Counted from the first letter of the stretch, positions 16,555 to 25,956 are shown. The stretch is DNA of 32,000 nt from Pseudoalteromonas translucida KMM 520 (GCF_001465295.1 NZ_CP011034.1:3210001-3242000); one strand, 5' to 3'. Program-made: numbers and translations. The notes: a model not told the origin generated them from the sequence alone.

Positions 16555-18146
16555 TATTTAATTTCCGGTGGTGTTGAAAATGTATGGTACGGAGCAGGTG
16601 AATCTACCTCCCACTCCAGCCCTTCTGCGCCTTCCCACACTTTTGCAGGAACCTTGTCGCCGCCACGTGCGCATTTAATCACTACAGCTACAAACAACAA
16701 CTGCGATAATCCAAAGGCAAAGCCGCCAATACTAATAATGGCGTTAAAGTCGGCAAACTGTAGCGCATAGTCGGGAATACGGCGTGGCATGCCTGCAAGC
16801 CCTACAAAGTGCATAGGAAAAAACAATACATTTACGCTTACCAGCGATAACCAAAAATGCCATTTAGCCAGCGCTATGTTATACATATTGCCAGTCCACT
16901 TAGGCAGCCAATAATACGCGCCTGCCATAATCGAAAATACCGCCCCCGTTACCAGTACATAATGAAAATGTGCCACTACAAAGTAGGTATCATGGTACTG
17001 AAAATCAGCCGGTGTAATGGCCAGCATCAAGCCCGAAAAACCACCTAAGGTAAACAACACAATAAAGGCAATACTAAACAGCATGGGTACTTCAAACGTA
17101 ATTGATCCGCGCCACATAGTGGCTACCCAATTAAATATTTTTACTCCAGTGGGCACCGATATCAGCATAGTCGCGTACATAAAAAACAGCTCGCCAGCCA
17201 CTGGCATTCCGGTAGTAAACATATGATGCGCCCACACCGTAAAACTCAACAGCGCAATTGACGACGTGGCATATACCATGGAGGAATAACCAAAGAGTTT
17301 TTTACGCGAAAAGGTCGGAACTATAGTAGAAATAATGCCAAAAGCAGGCAAAATCATTATGTATACTTCGGGGTGGCCAAAAAACCAAAATATGTGCTGA
17401 AACATCACCGGATCACCGCCACCCGCTGCATCAAAAAAGCTGGTTGCAAAGTATTTATCGGTGAGCACCATAGTCACCGCACCTGCGAGCACGGGCATAA
17501 CCGCAATCAATAAAAATGCCGTTATCAGCCAAGTCCATACAAACATAGGGACCTTCATCCAGGTCATGCCTGGGGCACGTAAGTTAACTATGGTTACAAT
17601 TACATTAATTGCCCCCATAATGGAGCTAATACCCATAATATGCACAGCAAATACAAACATGGCGGTATTGTCATTACTGTAGGTTGTGGACAGCGGCGCA
17701 TAAAAAGTCCAACCAAACGCAGGACCACCACCGGGCATTAATAGCGATGATAATAAAATTAAAAACGCGAATGGTAAAATCCAAAAACTCCAGTTATTCA
17801 TTCGCGGTAAGGCCATATCAGGCGCGCCAATCATTAATGGCACCATCCAGTTAGCCAAGCCAGTAAATGCCGGCATAACAGCACCAAATACCATAATCAA
17901 CCCATGCACTGTGGTCATTTGATTAAAAAAGTGAGGATCGACTAATTGTAATCCTGGCTGAAATAACTCAGCGCGGATCACCATAGCCATAGCTCCACCA
18001 ATAAAAAACATAGTCAGCGAGAAAATTAAGTACAAGCTGCCTATATCTTTATGATTAGTGGTATATAACCAACGCTTAAAGCCTTTAGCAGGATGATGAG
18101 CGTGGTGAGCTTCATTAATGTCAGGTTGTTCTACTATGCTACTCAT
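16554..18146 (-). CDS. coxA: Cytochrome c oxidase subunit I
   Basis: Heme-copper oxidase signatures (..WFFGHPEVYI.., ..HHMF.., ..VAHFHYV..), 530 aa. Confidence 0.98.
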   Translation of the reverse strand: MSSIVEQPDINEAHHAHHPAKGFKRWLYTTNHKDIGSLYLIFSLTMFFIGGAMAMVIRAELFQPGLQLVDPHFFNQMTTVHGLIMVFGAVMPAFTGLANWMVPLMIGAPDMALPRMNNWSFWILPFAFLILLSSLLMPGGGPAFGWTFYAPLSTTYSNDNTAMFVFAVHIMGISSIMGAINVIVTIVNLRAPGMTWMKVPMFVWTWLITAFLLIAVMPVLAGAVTMVLTDKYFATSFFDAAGGGDPVMFQHIFWFFGHPEVYIMILPAFGIISTIVPTFSRKKLFGYSSMVYATSSIALLSFTVWAHHMFTTGMPVAGELFFMYATMLISVPTGVKIFNWVATMWRGSITFEVPMLFSIAFIVLFTLGGFSGLMLAITPADFQYHDTYFVVAHFHYVLVTGAVFSIMAGAYYWLPKWTGNMYNIALAKWHFWLSLVSVNVLFFPMHFVGLAGMPRRIPDYALQFADFNAIISIGGFAFGLSQLLFVAVVIKCARGGDKVPAKVWEGAEGLEWEVDSPAPYHTFSTPPEIK

Positions 18147-19288
18147 TAGTTCGCCTCCCCGTCGGCATCAAGTGCTGCCTGTATTTCACTTGGTTGAATT
18201 ACATCACCGGTATCATTACCCCATGCATTACGCTTATAAGTAATTACCGCTGCTAATTGCTTTATAGAGAGCTGTTTAGCAAAGGCTTGCATGGCTGTGC
18301 CGGGGCGTCCGTGAATAACAATGTCAATGTGATCTTTTATGTCGCCAAGCACTATCGGGCTGCCTTTAAGCGCAGGAAAAACACCTGGTAAACCTAGTCC
18401 TGTGGGCTGATGACATGCAGCACAATTGGCCATATACACTTGCTCACCCAAAGTCATTAACTCTTCTTTAGGGAGTGTTTGATCAAGTAATGCGGCATCT
18501 GCTGCTGCAGCTTTTTGCTTTGCTTGTTTAGCATCTGCTAGCCAAACTTTAAAATCGGCCTCTGACTTAGCCTCTACTACCACAGGCATAAAGCCATGAT
18601 CTTTACCGCATAGCTCAGCACACTGACCGCGATAAATACCGACTTCGTTTATGTTGGTCCACGTTTCGTTAATAAACCCCGGGTTTGCATCTTTTTTAAT
18701 AGCAAAATCGGGCACCCACCAAGAATGAATAACATCGTCGGAGGTCATTAAAAAGCGTACTTTTTTATTAATCGGTAATACCAGAGGCTTATCTACCTCA
18801 AGTAAATAGTTGGGGTTTTTATCGGCTAGGTTGGCAATTTCATTTTGCGGTGTGGCAAGTATTGAGTAAAACTCAACATCTTCCCCCATATATTCGTAAT
18901 GCCATTTCCACTGTGAACCAGTTACTTTAATAGTGATATCCGCTTTACTGGCATCTTCCATCGCTATTAATGTTTTAGTTGCGGGGACTGCCATTGCTAT
19001 TAAAATAACAAATGGAATTGCTGTCCAGAGTATTTCTACTTTGGTACTTTCGTGAAATTGAGCAGCAACTGCTCCTTTAGATTTACGATGATGAATAAGT
19101 GCCCAAAACATAACGGCAAATACAATCACGCCTATTACACAGCATATTAAAAATATGGTCATGTGTAGTTGATAAACATTATTACTTATATCGGTTACGC
19201 CTTTGCGCATATTATATTGGCTATTTGCCAATGCTAGCTGCGGAAAAACAAACAATATAAGCCACAAGGTAGAGCTCAATTTACCCAT
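18146..19288 (-). CDS. coxB: Cytochrome c oxidase subunit II with fused C-terminal cytochrome c domain
   Basis: CuA motif HSWWVP..CAELCG..H and a C-terminal CAACH heme c site. It has a signal peptide, and AAGGAG lies 8 nt upstream. Confidence 0.96.
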   Translation of the reverse strand: MGKLSSTLWLILFVFPQLALANSQYNMRKGVTDISNNVYQLHMTIFLICCVIGVIVFAVMFWALIHHRKSKGAVAAQFHESTKVEILWTAIPFVILIAMAVPATKTLIAMEDASKADITIKVTGSQWKWHYEYMGEDVEFYSILATPQNEIANLADKNPNYLLEVDKPLVLPINKKVRFLMTSDDVIHSWWVPDFAIKKDANPGFINETWTNINEVGIYRGQCAELCGKDHGFMPVVVEAKSEADFKVWLADAKQAKQKAAAADAALLDQTLPKEELMTLGEQVYMANCAACHQPTGLGLPGVFPALKGSPIVLGDIKDHIDIVIHGRPGTAMQAFAKQLSIKQLAAVITYKRNAWGNDTGDVIQPSEIQAALDADGEAN

Positions 19289-19676
19289 GTGACAGCTCCT
19301 TTAATACTGTTGCGAGTGCAAAACAAAAAGACATAAGCTTTAAATGCCAATTTGTTATTTTTTATTTTTGTATTGCTGCCGGATATATAAATATGTGTTC
19401 TCAAAACTAAAAGCTGTGAGTTATTGTTAGTCCAGCCCATTAACAATTAGTTAATAATTGAACAACTAGCAAGTTTTAGTTTGAAAAATAATCAAATAAT
19501 ATTAGAGGATTAGCGTAAATATGAGGGTTATTTAATTTTTTTCTAAGCAGGAAGTGAGCAACAGCAAGGGTTACAAATAAAAAGACAGCAAAAACGAGTA
19601 TTAAATACTTAAATGATAAAAAACATAAACTTAATATAATTTTGTCATTGCAGCGGAGTTTTCACAAAAAAATGGC

Positions 19677-19702
19677 AAAAAAAAGCGCACTAAAAAGTGC
19701 GC
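19677..19702 (-). terminator. Rho-independent terminator downstream of lexA
   Basis: On the minus strand, GCGCAC-ttttta-GTGCGC is followed by a T8 run, about 60 nt after the lexA stop. Confidence 0.75.
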
Positions 19703-19762
19703 GTTAATCATCTGAGCTATTAAATTATACCGCTATTTTGCATAGCTATAACAACTTAATTG

Positions 19763-20380
19763 TTACATCCAGTCAGCGTTGCGAATAACCCCAACGGCTA
19801 AGCCTTCAATATTAAAAGATTCGTTTTCAAGATCCACTTCTATCGACGAAAATTCTTTATTTTCAGCATGCAGTAATACTTTTCGACCTGCTTTTTCTAA
19901 GCGCTTTACCGTTACATCGTCATCAACGCGGGCAACAATAACTTGGCCATTTTCGGCAACTTGAGTGCGATGAACAGCCAGTAAATCACCATCCATAATA
20001 CCAATATCTCGCATGCTCATACCATTTACACGCAATAAAAAATCGGCAGGCGGTTTAAACATTAGCGGGTCAATTTTACAATGGCTCTCAACATGTTGTT
20101 GCGCCAAAATAGGTTCACCGGCAGCTACGCGGCCAATTAATGGTAAACCAAGTTGTTCTGGTTCATCTTCTTCAATAAGTTGAATACCACGGCTAGCGCC
20201 TGGCTTCATTTTAATAGCGCCTTTTTTAGCCAGCGCTTTTAAATGCTCTTCTGCGGCATTAGCACTTTTAAAGCCTAATGTTTGTGCAATTTCTGCGCGT
20301 GTAGGAGGCATACCAGTGTCTTTAATAAACACTTTAATAAGTTCGAGTATTTGCGCTTGGCGGTTAGTTAATGGTCGCAT
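19763..20380 (-). CDS. lexA: LexA repressor
   Basis: [16 protein letters not shown].., Ala-Gly cleavage site (VAAGEP), and the Ser/Lys peptidase domain (GMSM..VKRL). Confidence 0.97.
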   Translation of the reverse strand: MRPLTNRQAQILELIKVFIKDTGMPPTRAEIAQTLGFKSANAAEEHLKALAKKGAIKMKPGASRGIQLIEEDEPEQLGLPLIGRVAAGEPILAQQHVESHCKIDPLMFKPPADFLLRVNGMSMRDIGIMDGDLLAVHRTQVAENGQVIVARVDDDVTVKRLEKAGRKVLLHAENKEFSSIEVDLENESFNIEGLAVGVIRNADWM

Positions 20381-20382
20381 AC

Positions 20383-20402
20383 AACTGGTTTTCCATACAG
20401 TA
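20383..20402 (-). promoter_or_regulatory. SOS box 2 (LexA operator), proximal
   Basis: On the gene strand it reads TACTGTATGGAAAACCAGTT (CTG-N10-CAG, with a TACTGTAT half matching the consensus). It lies 5 nt from box 1, as in E. coli lexA. Confidence 0.75.
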
Positions 20403-20407
20403 CATTT

Positions 20408-20427
20408 AACTGTGAGTATATACAGTT
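20408..20427 (-). promoter_or_regulatory. SOS box 1 (LexA operator), distal
   Basis: On the gene strand it reads AACTGTATATACTCACAGTT. The core CTGTATATACTCACAG is identical to the E. coli lexA operator as I recall it. Confidence 0.9.
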
Positions 20428-20666
20428 ATCTGAAAATCGCAAATTTAAATTACTCCCCGCCTTTGCTGCCAAAGGTGGCATTGGTCTAAGCTTAAAATAA
20501 CCAAGTAAATTACAGATAAAATTAAGCAGATCTCGGCAGTGTTAGTTTTACGTTACATTAATTGTAATTACATGATTACTAGGTTATTGCTGTTATTAAA
20601 AAATTAGTTAACTATCGTTTTTATAACGGGCGTTAGCCTCATCAATGTGAATCAACGGAGAGTGTT

Positions 20667-21119
20667 ATGAATATCACTGTAGCGGTAATTATCAACGGCC
20701 CTAAACGTAAAGTATGGGCAGCAATAACTGACATCGAAAACAGTACCAATATGCTGTCTGGCATTATTGATTTGAAAATAATCGAAAAGCCTCCACAGGG
20801 GTTAGTGGGCCTAAAATGGTTAGAAACGCGAAAAATGTTTGGTAAAGCGGCCTCAGAAACCATGTGGATCACAGAAGCTGTTACTAATGAATATTATTGC
20901 ACTCGCGCAGAAAATTGCGGGGCAGTTTATACCACTAAGCTGTCACTTACCGCCGCCGAACCTGGCACCTGTTTAACCATGACTTTTTCTGATAGCTCTG
21001 AGTCTATTTGGGTAAAAATGATGTCTGCAGTGATGGGGGTTTTTCTTAAAAATTCGATGCGTAAAATGCTAAAAAAAGATCTCGATGAAATTAAGCACTA
21101 TGTAGAAAGCAAAAAGTAG
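20667..21119 (+). CDS. SRPBCC (START/AHSA1-like) domain protein
   Basis: The N-terminus (I.INGP..KVW..ITDIEN) and the 150-aa size fit the SRPBCC superfamily. GGAG lies 7 nt upstream. Confidence 0.7.
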   Translation: MNITVAVIINGPKRKVWAAITDIENSTNMLSGIIDLKIIEKPPQGLVGLKWLETRKMFGKAASETMWITEAVTNEYYCTRAENCGAVYTTKLSLTAAEPGTCLTMTFSDSSESIWVKMMSAVMGVFLKNSMRKMLKKDLDEIKHYVESKK

Positions 21120-21217
21120 CGCTGCATTACAATGTAGTAGCTGCACTAACTTGGCTATCATATCGCCATGAAAAATCGTATTATTGGTTATCGTTTTCAA
21201 TCTTTAAAGGAGTAACA

Positions 21218-21661
21218 ATGAGTATTTGGCATCAACCTATTACTTTAGCGTTTTGTAAGCAGTTAGACCAAGGCATAAATGGCCAAGGTACACTGATGAA
21301 AACCATGGGGATTGAAATAACTGAAATTGGTGATGATTACTTAGTTGCCACTATGCCGGCAATTCCTGCGCATCATAACCCCATAGGCATGGTGCATGGC
21401 GGAGCAAACGTGGTTTTAGCCGAAAGTGTTGCCAGCTACGCGGCTAACTTTGTGGTCGACTTCACTAAATTTTATTGTGTAGGGCAAGAGATCAGTGCTA
21501 GCCATTTAAAAGCCTCGCGTAATGGCACCTTAACCGCCACCGCAAAAGCGTTTCATATTGGCAAGCGTAGCTCAGTATGGGAAATAAAAATAACGAATAG
21601 TCGCGGCGAGCTTTGCTGCGTATCAAAAATGACCGCAGCTGTAGTAGAGCGCAAAGGCTAA
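21218..21661 (+). CDS. PaaI/YdiI-type hotdog-fold thioesterase
   Basis: GMVHGGANVVLAESVAS motif, with ..SVWEIKI.. near the C-terminus. AAGGAG RBS. Confidence 0.85.
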   Translation: MSIWHQPITLAFCKQLDQGINGQGTLMKTMGIEITEIGDDYLVATMPAIPAHHNPIGMVHGGANVVLAESVASYAANFVVDFTKFYCVGQEISASHLKASRNGTLTATAKAFHIGKRSSVWEIKITNSRGELCCVSKMTAAVVERKG

Positions 21662-21663
21662 CG

Positions 21664-22044
21664 CTATTTTTCTAGCGGGTAAATAGTAATTTCCATGCCT
21701 GCACCAATTGCCGATATACGTAATAAAGTATCGGCGTGCAGCGCTTGGTTAAAACATTTTGGCGAAGTGCCCGACTCAAAACCAATATCAAAGGTACGGC
21801 GCGAACAACTCAACCATTGCTTAAGTGCAGCGCGCGAGCATGACTCTACTAGCTCACATAAGTGGTTAATTGCTTTATCCGGTGAGGATATTTCGCCTGT
21901 TACTTCTATACGCGCTAACTGACGGTATTCGTCTTTATCATAATGTAAAATAGTGGCGATTTTTTTTAGGTCAGCTACAAGCACGCTAATATCTTGCTTT
22001 GACTCAAGCTCTAGGTCTACATTTAAAAATTGAATTTCCGACAT
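21664..22044 (-). CDS. Hypothetical protein (126 aa), possibly DUF4279-like
   Basis: ATG with GAGGA about 12 nt upstream. I recognise no confident family. The C-terminal pattern (..LLRISAIGAGMEITIYP) loosely recalls DUF4279. Confidence 0.55.
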   Translation of the reverse strand: MSEIQFLNVDLELESKQDISVLVADLKKIATILHYDKDEYRQLARIEVTGEISSPDKAINHLCELVESCSRAALKQWLSCSRRTFDIGFESGTSPKCFNQALHADTLLRISAIGAGMEITIYPLEK

Positions 22045-22296
22045 TGTCTGCTGTTTATCCTCTAATTAGTTCGCTGTAAACTTTAACGCAGTTTTACGGT
22101 TATACCAAATCAACTCTGCAATATTCACCTTTTTATATAAATAGCCGGCTATTTTTACGCATTTATTGACGCTTTACTTACTCTTATTTCACGAATCAAA
22201 AAATATTTAAGCACCAAAAGCTCACTATTATAAAAGTGCTGAGCTAGCTCCATAAAAATAGCTAGCTACTCACCTTTAAAGTTTAACCACTACTTT

Positions 22297-22617
22297 TTAT
22301 TCTAAATGTTTAAACCGACTTAAGTGCTGCTTTAACATTTGGTTTTCAGCAATCAACTCATCCCGTTCATCCAATAATTGTAAAACCAAAGCAATAGCAG
22401 ACCAATCTAACGACAAGTCATGCTGAATACGTGCAGCCTTTTTAACTAAGGTCACTGTTGATACCGTAAATTGCCATTCTGTAACGCGCTCGCCCTCAAT
22501 AGGAATAGCAATGCTGTGCTCAACTAGCTCATACAATATGGCTTCGCTAATATCACTACTCACACACAGCTCTTGGCTAGTAAGTAAATTGTCTTGTGGT
22601 GCCACGATAATTTTCAT
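22297..22617 (-). CDS. cbpM: Chaperone modulatory protein CbpM (MerR-like)
   Basis: Collinear with E. coli CbpM (..HDLSLDWSAIALVLQLLDE..LSRF). The ATG at 22617 overlaps the cbpA stop as TAATG. The track start at 22632 is a TTG. Confidence 0.88.
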   Translation of the reverse strand: MKIIVAPQDNLLTSQELCVSSDISEAILYELVEHSIAIPIEGERVTEWQFTVSTVTLVKKAARIQHDLSLDWSAIALVLQLLDERDELIAENQMLKQHLSRFKHLE

Positions 22618-23582
22618 TATGACTTGCTCCAATTGCTACGCGGGTCAAAATGGGCTTTTTCGGCCAGCTCTTGCCACAGCTTTTTGCTAACATCATCACT
22701 CGATGCTGGATTAACAATTTTAATCACTGCAAATAAGTCACCCTTGGCTTTTTTACTCATTAACCCTTTACCTTTAATGCGTAAACGTTGACCCGATTGA
22801 CTATTAGCTGGAATGGTTAGTTGGATTTTTCCGGCTAATGTAGGTAAATTTATTTTAGTGCCCAAAGCAGCTTCCCATGGTGCAAGAGGCACCACTATAT
22901 TTAGGTTATGCCCATCAACATCAAATAATGGATGAGGCACTAAGCGAATTTGTAGATACAAATCGCCGTTCGGGCCATTTGCCGAACCTAATCCACCTTG
23001 CCCTTTTAAGCGAATACGTTCGCCATTAACCGAGCCTGCAGGAATTTTAACTTTAAGCGATTTTTTAACTTCAGATACACGGCCACTACTGTCTCGCTGC
23101 GGCAGCATAAACTCAATAGGTTTAACGGTATCGACTAACGTTTCTTCAAGAAATACTGGGAATTCTATTTCCACATCTTGTCCTTTTTGCGCACGAGCGC
23201 CACCAGCTCTACTCTGACCGCCATGATTAAACCCACCTGCGCCGCCAAACATTGAATTTACAAAATCAGAAAACTCCTGATCGGTTTGGGGATCACCTTG
23301 CTGATAATGGTTTTGTGACGATCCATAGTTACTGCCATAATTTGCTTGCTGCTGAGCACGGTTTTGTTGATTACGACGTAATACATCGTATTTAGCGCGT
23401 TCTTCTTTGTTGTGAATGACTTCGTAAGCTTCACCTATCTCTTTAAATCTGTCCTCTGCTTGAGGTTCTTTACTTACATCTGGATGATATTTTCTAGCTA
23501 GCTTTTTATAAGCTACCTTAACCGCTTTATCGTCTGCATCGGGCGATATTCCGAGCACGGCATAATAATCTACAAACTTCAT
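22617..23582 (-). CDS. cbpA: Curved DNA-binding protein CbpA (DnaJ-like co-chaperone)
   Basis: J domain (DYYAVLGI..YHPDVSKEP) and C-terminal GPNGDLYL, PWEAALG and DLFAVIKIV, collinear with E. coli CbpA. The ATG at 23582 is used because the track start at 23588 is a TTG. Confidence 0.95.
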   Translation of the reverse strand: MKFVDYYAVLGISPDADDKAVKVAYKKLARKYHPDVSKEPQAEDRFKEIGEAYEVIHNKEERAKYDVLRRNQQNRAQQQANYGSNYGSSQNHYQQGDPQTDQEFSDFVNSMFGGAGGFNHGGQSRAGGARAQKGQDVEIEFPVFLEETLVDTVKPIEFMLPQRDSSGRVSEVKKSLKVKIPAGSVNGERIRLKGQGGLGSANGPNGDLYLQIRLVPHPLFDVDGHNLNIVVPLAPWEAALGTKINLPTLAGKIQLTIPANSQSGQRLRIKGKGLMSKKAKGDLFAVIKIVNPASSDDVSKKLWQELAEKAHFDPRSNWSKS

Positions 23583-23668
23583 TCGCAATCCAAATCACAA
23601 ACTTATGAGCTTTCATCATACTCTTTAAGCAACCGTTTTTGTTTATTTAAACAACAATTTAAAGTAGA

Positions 23669-23867
23669 TAACCTGAGCTCCGGTTTAATAAACTTATCTC
23701 AAGCAGCTTATTTTCAGCGCTAACTGCGTTGAATTTTCTTGCAATAGGCCAGCTATTGACGCGTAAATTCGCCTTGGTTTCACTGAAAATCTCTGGCTAG
23801 AGAAAATAAAACTAAATATAACTATGATTCAATACGTTAGTAAATCTCTTATCCTGAGCTCAGGTTA
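23669..23867 (+). mobile_element. MITE-like TIR element, copy C (199 bp, most diverged)
   Basis: Runs TAACCTGAGCTCCGG ... CCTGAGCTCAGGTTA, with the first 12 nt of the TIR perfect. It has roughly a dozen substitutions and two 1-nt indels relative to copy B. Confidence 0.8.
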
Positions 23868-23958
23868 AATACTAAAGAATGGTAAATATGGCTTTAAGTA
23901 AACTTTATCTTTTAGCTTCAAGTCATTAAACTAGCCGCTCCTGTAGTTCACGTATGTG

Positions 23959-24618
23959 ATGGATATGACTCGATTTATTTTAGCCTTGTTGGCTTTTTTT
24001 GTATGTTTTTCGCTGTCGGCTGAAGAATTCACTCGGTTTTCAACCGCTAAAAGACACCTAATTAAAACCCTGCCTAATAACGCAAAAAGTATTTACTGTG
24101 GCTGCGATATAAAAAAACAGGGTAAAAAACTAGTTCCCGATCCCACTAACTGTGGTTATGTGCCACGCAATACACATACCCGCTCAGGTAACGTAAATGC
24201 ACGCGCTTTGCGCATAGAATGGGAGCATATTGTGCCTGCCTGGGAATTTGGCCACCAATTACAATGCTGGCAAGATGGCGGGCGTAAAAACTGCCGTAAA
24301 GTAAGTGCTAAGTTTAGAAAGATGGAAGCCGATATAAACAACTTAGCCCCTGCTATTGGTGAAATTAACGCCGATCGTTCTAATTACCGCTTTGGAATGC
24401 TTAGTGAAAGCGCCACCCAATATGGCCGCTGTGAAGTTAAAGTTAACTTTAAACAACGAGTAATAGAGCCTCCCTTTTATGCCCGTAAACAAATAGCCGA
24501 CGCCTACGCCTATATGCAAAAAACTTACGGCCTAAAAATATCAAATAAACAACAGCAGTTATTTAATGCTTGGCAACAACAAGCGTATGCCGCGCAAACC
24601 AATACCAAAAAGCTTTAA
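23959..24618 (+). CDS. endA: Endonuclease I (periplasmic/extracellular DNase, EndA/Vvn family)
   Basis: Signal peptide, then YCGC, EWEHIVPAWEFGHQLQCWQDGGRKNC, and N..P..GE.N.DR, collinear with E. coli EndA. The start is ambiguous (GTG 23956, ATG 23959, ATG 23965). Confidence 0.93.
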   Translation: MDMTRFILALLAFFVCFSLSAEEFTRFSTAKRHLIKTLPNNAKSIYCGCDIKKQGKKLVPDPTNCGYVPRNTHTRSGNVNARALRIEWEHIVPAWEFGHQLQCWQDGGRKNCRKVSAKFRKMEADINNLAPAIGEINADRSNYRFGMLSESATQYGRCEVKVNFKQRVIEPPFYARKQIADAYAYMQKTYGLKISNKQQQLFNAWQQQAYAAQTNTKKL

Positions 24619-24657
24619 TTTAAAGGTATTAGGAGCCAGTTAAATATTTAACGGCAC

Positions 24658-24701
24658 AAAAAAGCGCGCTATTGCCGTAATGCCCAATAGCGCGCTTTTT
24701 T
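24658..24701. terminator. Bidirectional intrinsic terminator between endA and hmp
   Basis: An 11-bp perfect stem GCGCGCTATTG / CAATAGCGCGC with a 10-nt loop, flanked by an A6 run and a T6 run. Confidence 0.85.
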
Positions 24702-24724
24702 AATTGAGTTTTATGCTATAAACA

Positions 24725-25906
24725 TTATAGGTCTTGATGCGGGCCGAAAATTTCGTAATGAATATTCTCGTTATTAACGCCTAATTCTAGCAGTTGTTTT
24801 TTCACAAAAGCCATAAAATTAACCGGTCCACACAAGTAAAAGTCGCCGTTGCTCAGTGGCAATTGCGTTTGTACTGCGTGTAAATCCATAAAACCGGTAA
24901 AATCTGCTCCTGCATCGCCTTGGTTAAACCAAGTCATGGTTTGTAAGCGCGGGTAAACAGTGCTTAGTTCATTTAAATAATTAGCAAATGAGTGCTGCTG
25001 AGCATTTTCGCAAGCATGCAAGTACATAATATTTTGATTACCTGTATCGCTTAATAGCGTCTCTAACATTGCCATCATTGGCGTTTGCCCAACACCCGCT
25101 GAAATAAGCACTGCAGGATGGGTGTTATTACGTAAAAAGAAATCCCCTGCTGGCGGATATAGCTCTACTATTGCGCCTTGCTCTAGTGAGTGTAAATGGT
25201 TAGACACCATGCCAGGGTTTGGTAATAACTCTTTTTTAACGCTAATACGGTAGTTTTTACCATTACTTTTTTGCGAAATAGAATACTGGCGGATCTCTTC
25301 ATATTCACTAGCCTCTGGCTTAACTTTAATACCTAAATATTGACCCGGTTTATGGGCAATTACTGCCTCGCCATCAATTGGTGTAAGCGTAAAGCTAGTT
25401 ACCAGCTCTGACTCAGCCTGCTTATTAGTTATTGCAAACTGACGTGTGCCTGCCCAACCGCCTAAGTTATTTTTGCTGTGCTCGTATAAAGCAGCTTCCT
25501 CAGTTATACAAATATCAGCAAGTACGCCATACGCTTCACGCCAAGCATATTCAACATCTGGCGTGAACTGCTCAGGAATAAGCTCTTTCAGCGTGCCAAT
25601 TAAATGTGCACCAACAATTGGGTAGTGCTCCGGCAAAATATTTAAACTAGTATGTTTATGGTTAATACGCCCAAGTGCCGCTTTTAACACCTCTAAATTA
25701 TCAATGTTTTGTGCATAAGCAGCCAATGCGTTAAATAATGCAAATTGTTGACGGCCGGTATCTTGGTTGCTCATATTAAAAATATTTTTAAGCTCAGGGT
25801 TATGGCTAAATAAACGCTTGTAAAAATGATCAGTAACAACCGTACCTGCCTCAGCTAATAAAGGAACAGTACTTTTAACAATTTCAATAGTTTTATCAGA
25901 TAACAT
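24725..25906 (-). CDS. hmp: Flavohemoprotein (NO dioxygenase) Hmp
   Basis: N-terminus MLSDKTIEIVKSTVPLL (E. coli has MLDAQTIATVKATIPLL), a globin domain, an FAD site (RQYS) and an NAD-binding domain (GVGQTPM). Confidence 0.96.
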   Translation of the reverse strand: MLSDKTIEIVKSTVPLLAEAGTVVTDHFYKRLFSHNPELKNIFNMSNQDTGRQQFALFNALAAYAQNIDNLEVLKAALGRINHKHTSLNILPEHYPIVGAHLIGTLKELIPEQFTPDVEYAWREAYGVLADICITEEAALYEHSKNNLGGWAGTRQFAITNKQAESELVTSFTLTPIDGEAVIAHKPGQYLGIKVKPEASEYEEIRQYSISQKSNGKNYRISVKKELLPNPGMVSNHLHSLEQGAIVELYPPAGDFFLRNNTHPAVLISAGVGQTPMMAMLETLLSDTGNQNIMYLHACENAQQHSFANYLNELSTVYPRLQTMTWFNQGDAGADFTGFMDLHAVQTQLPLSNGDFYLCGPVNFMAFVKKQLLELGVNNENIHYEIFGPHQDL

Positions 25907-25956
25907 CTAGGTTTTCCTACGTGTGAATAATACCCAATTAATAAAATAGGTATAGG

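Noticed and set aside
19481-19495. TTGAA-N5-ATCAA upstream of coxB, which resembles an FNR/ANR box.
   Set aside because: The spacing is 5 nt, not the 4 nt of TTGAT-N4-ATCAA, in a very AT-rich background where such half-sites arise by chance.
20451-20474. Hairpin CCGCCTTTG-ctgc-CAAAGGTGG in the lexA / SRPBCC intergenic region, and the 10-bp palindrome TGTAATTACA near 20564.
   Set aside because: No adjacent T-run is present, so it is not a clear terminator. Short palindromes are expected by chance in AT-rich spacers, and I recognise no regulator motif.
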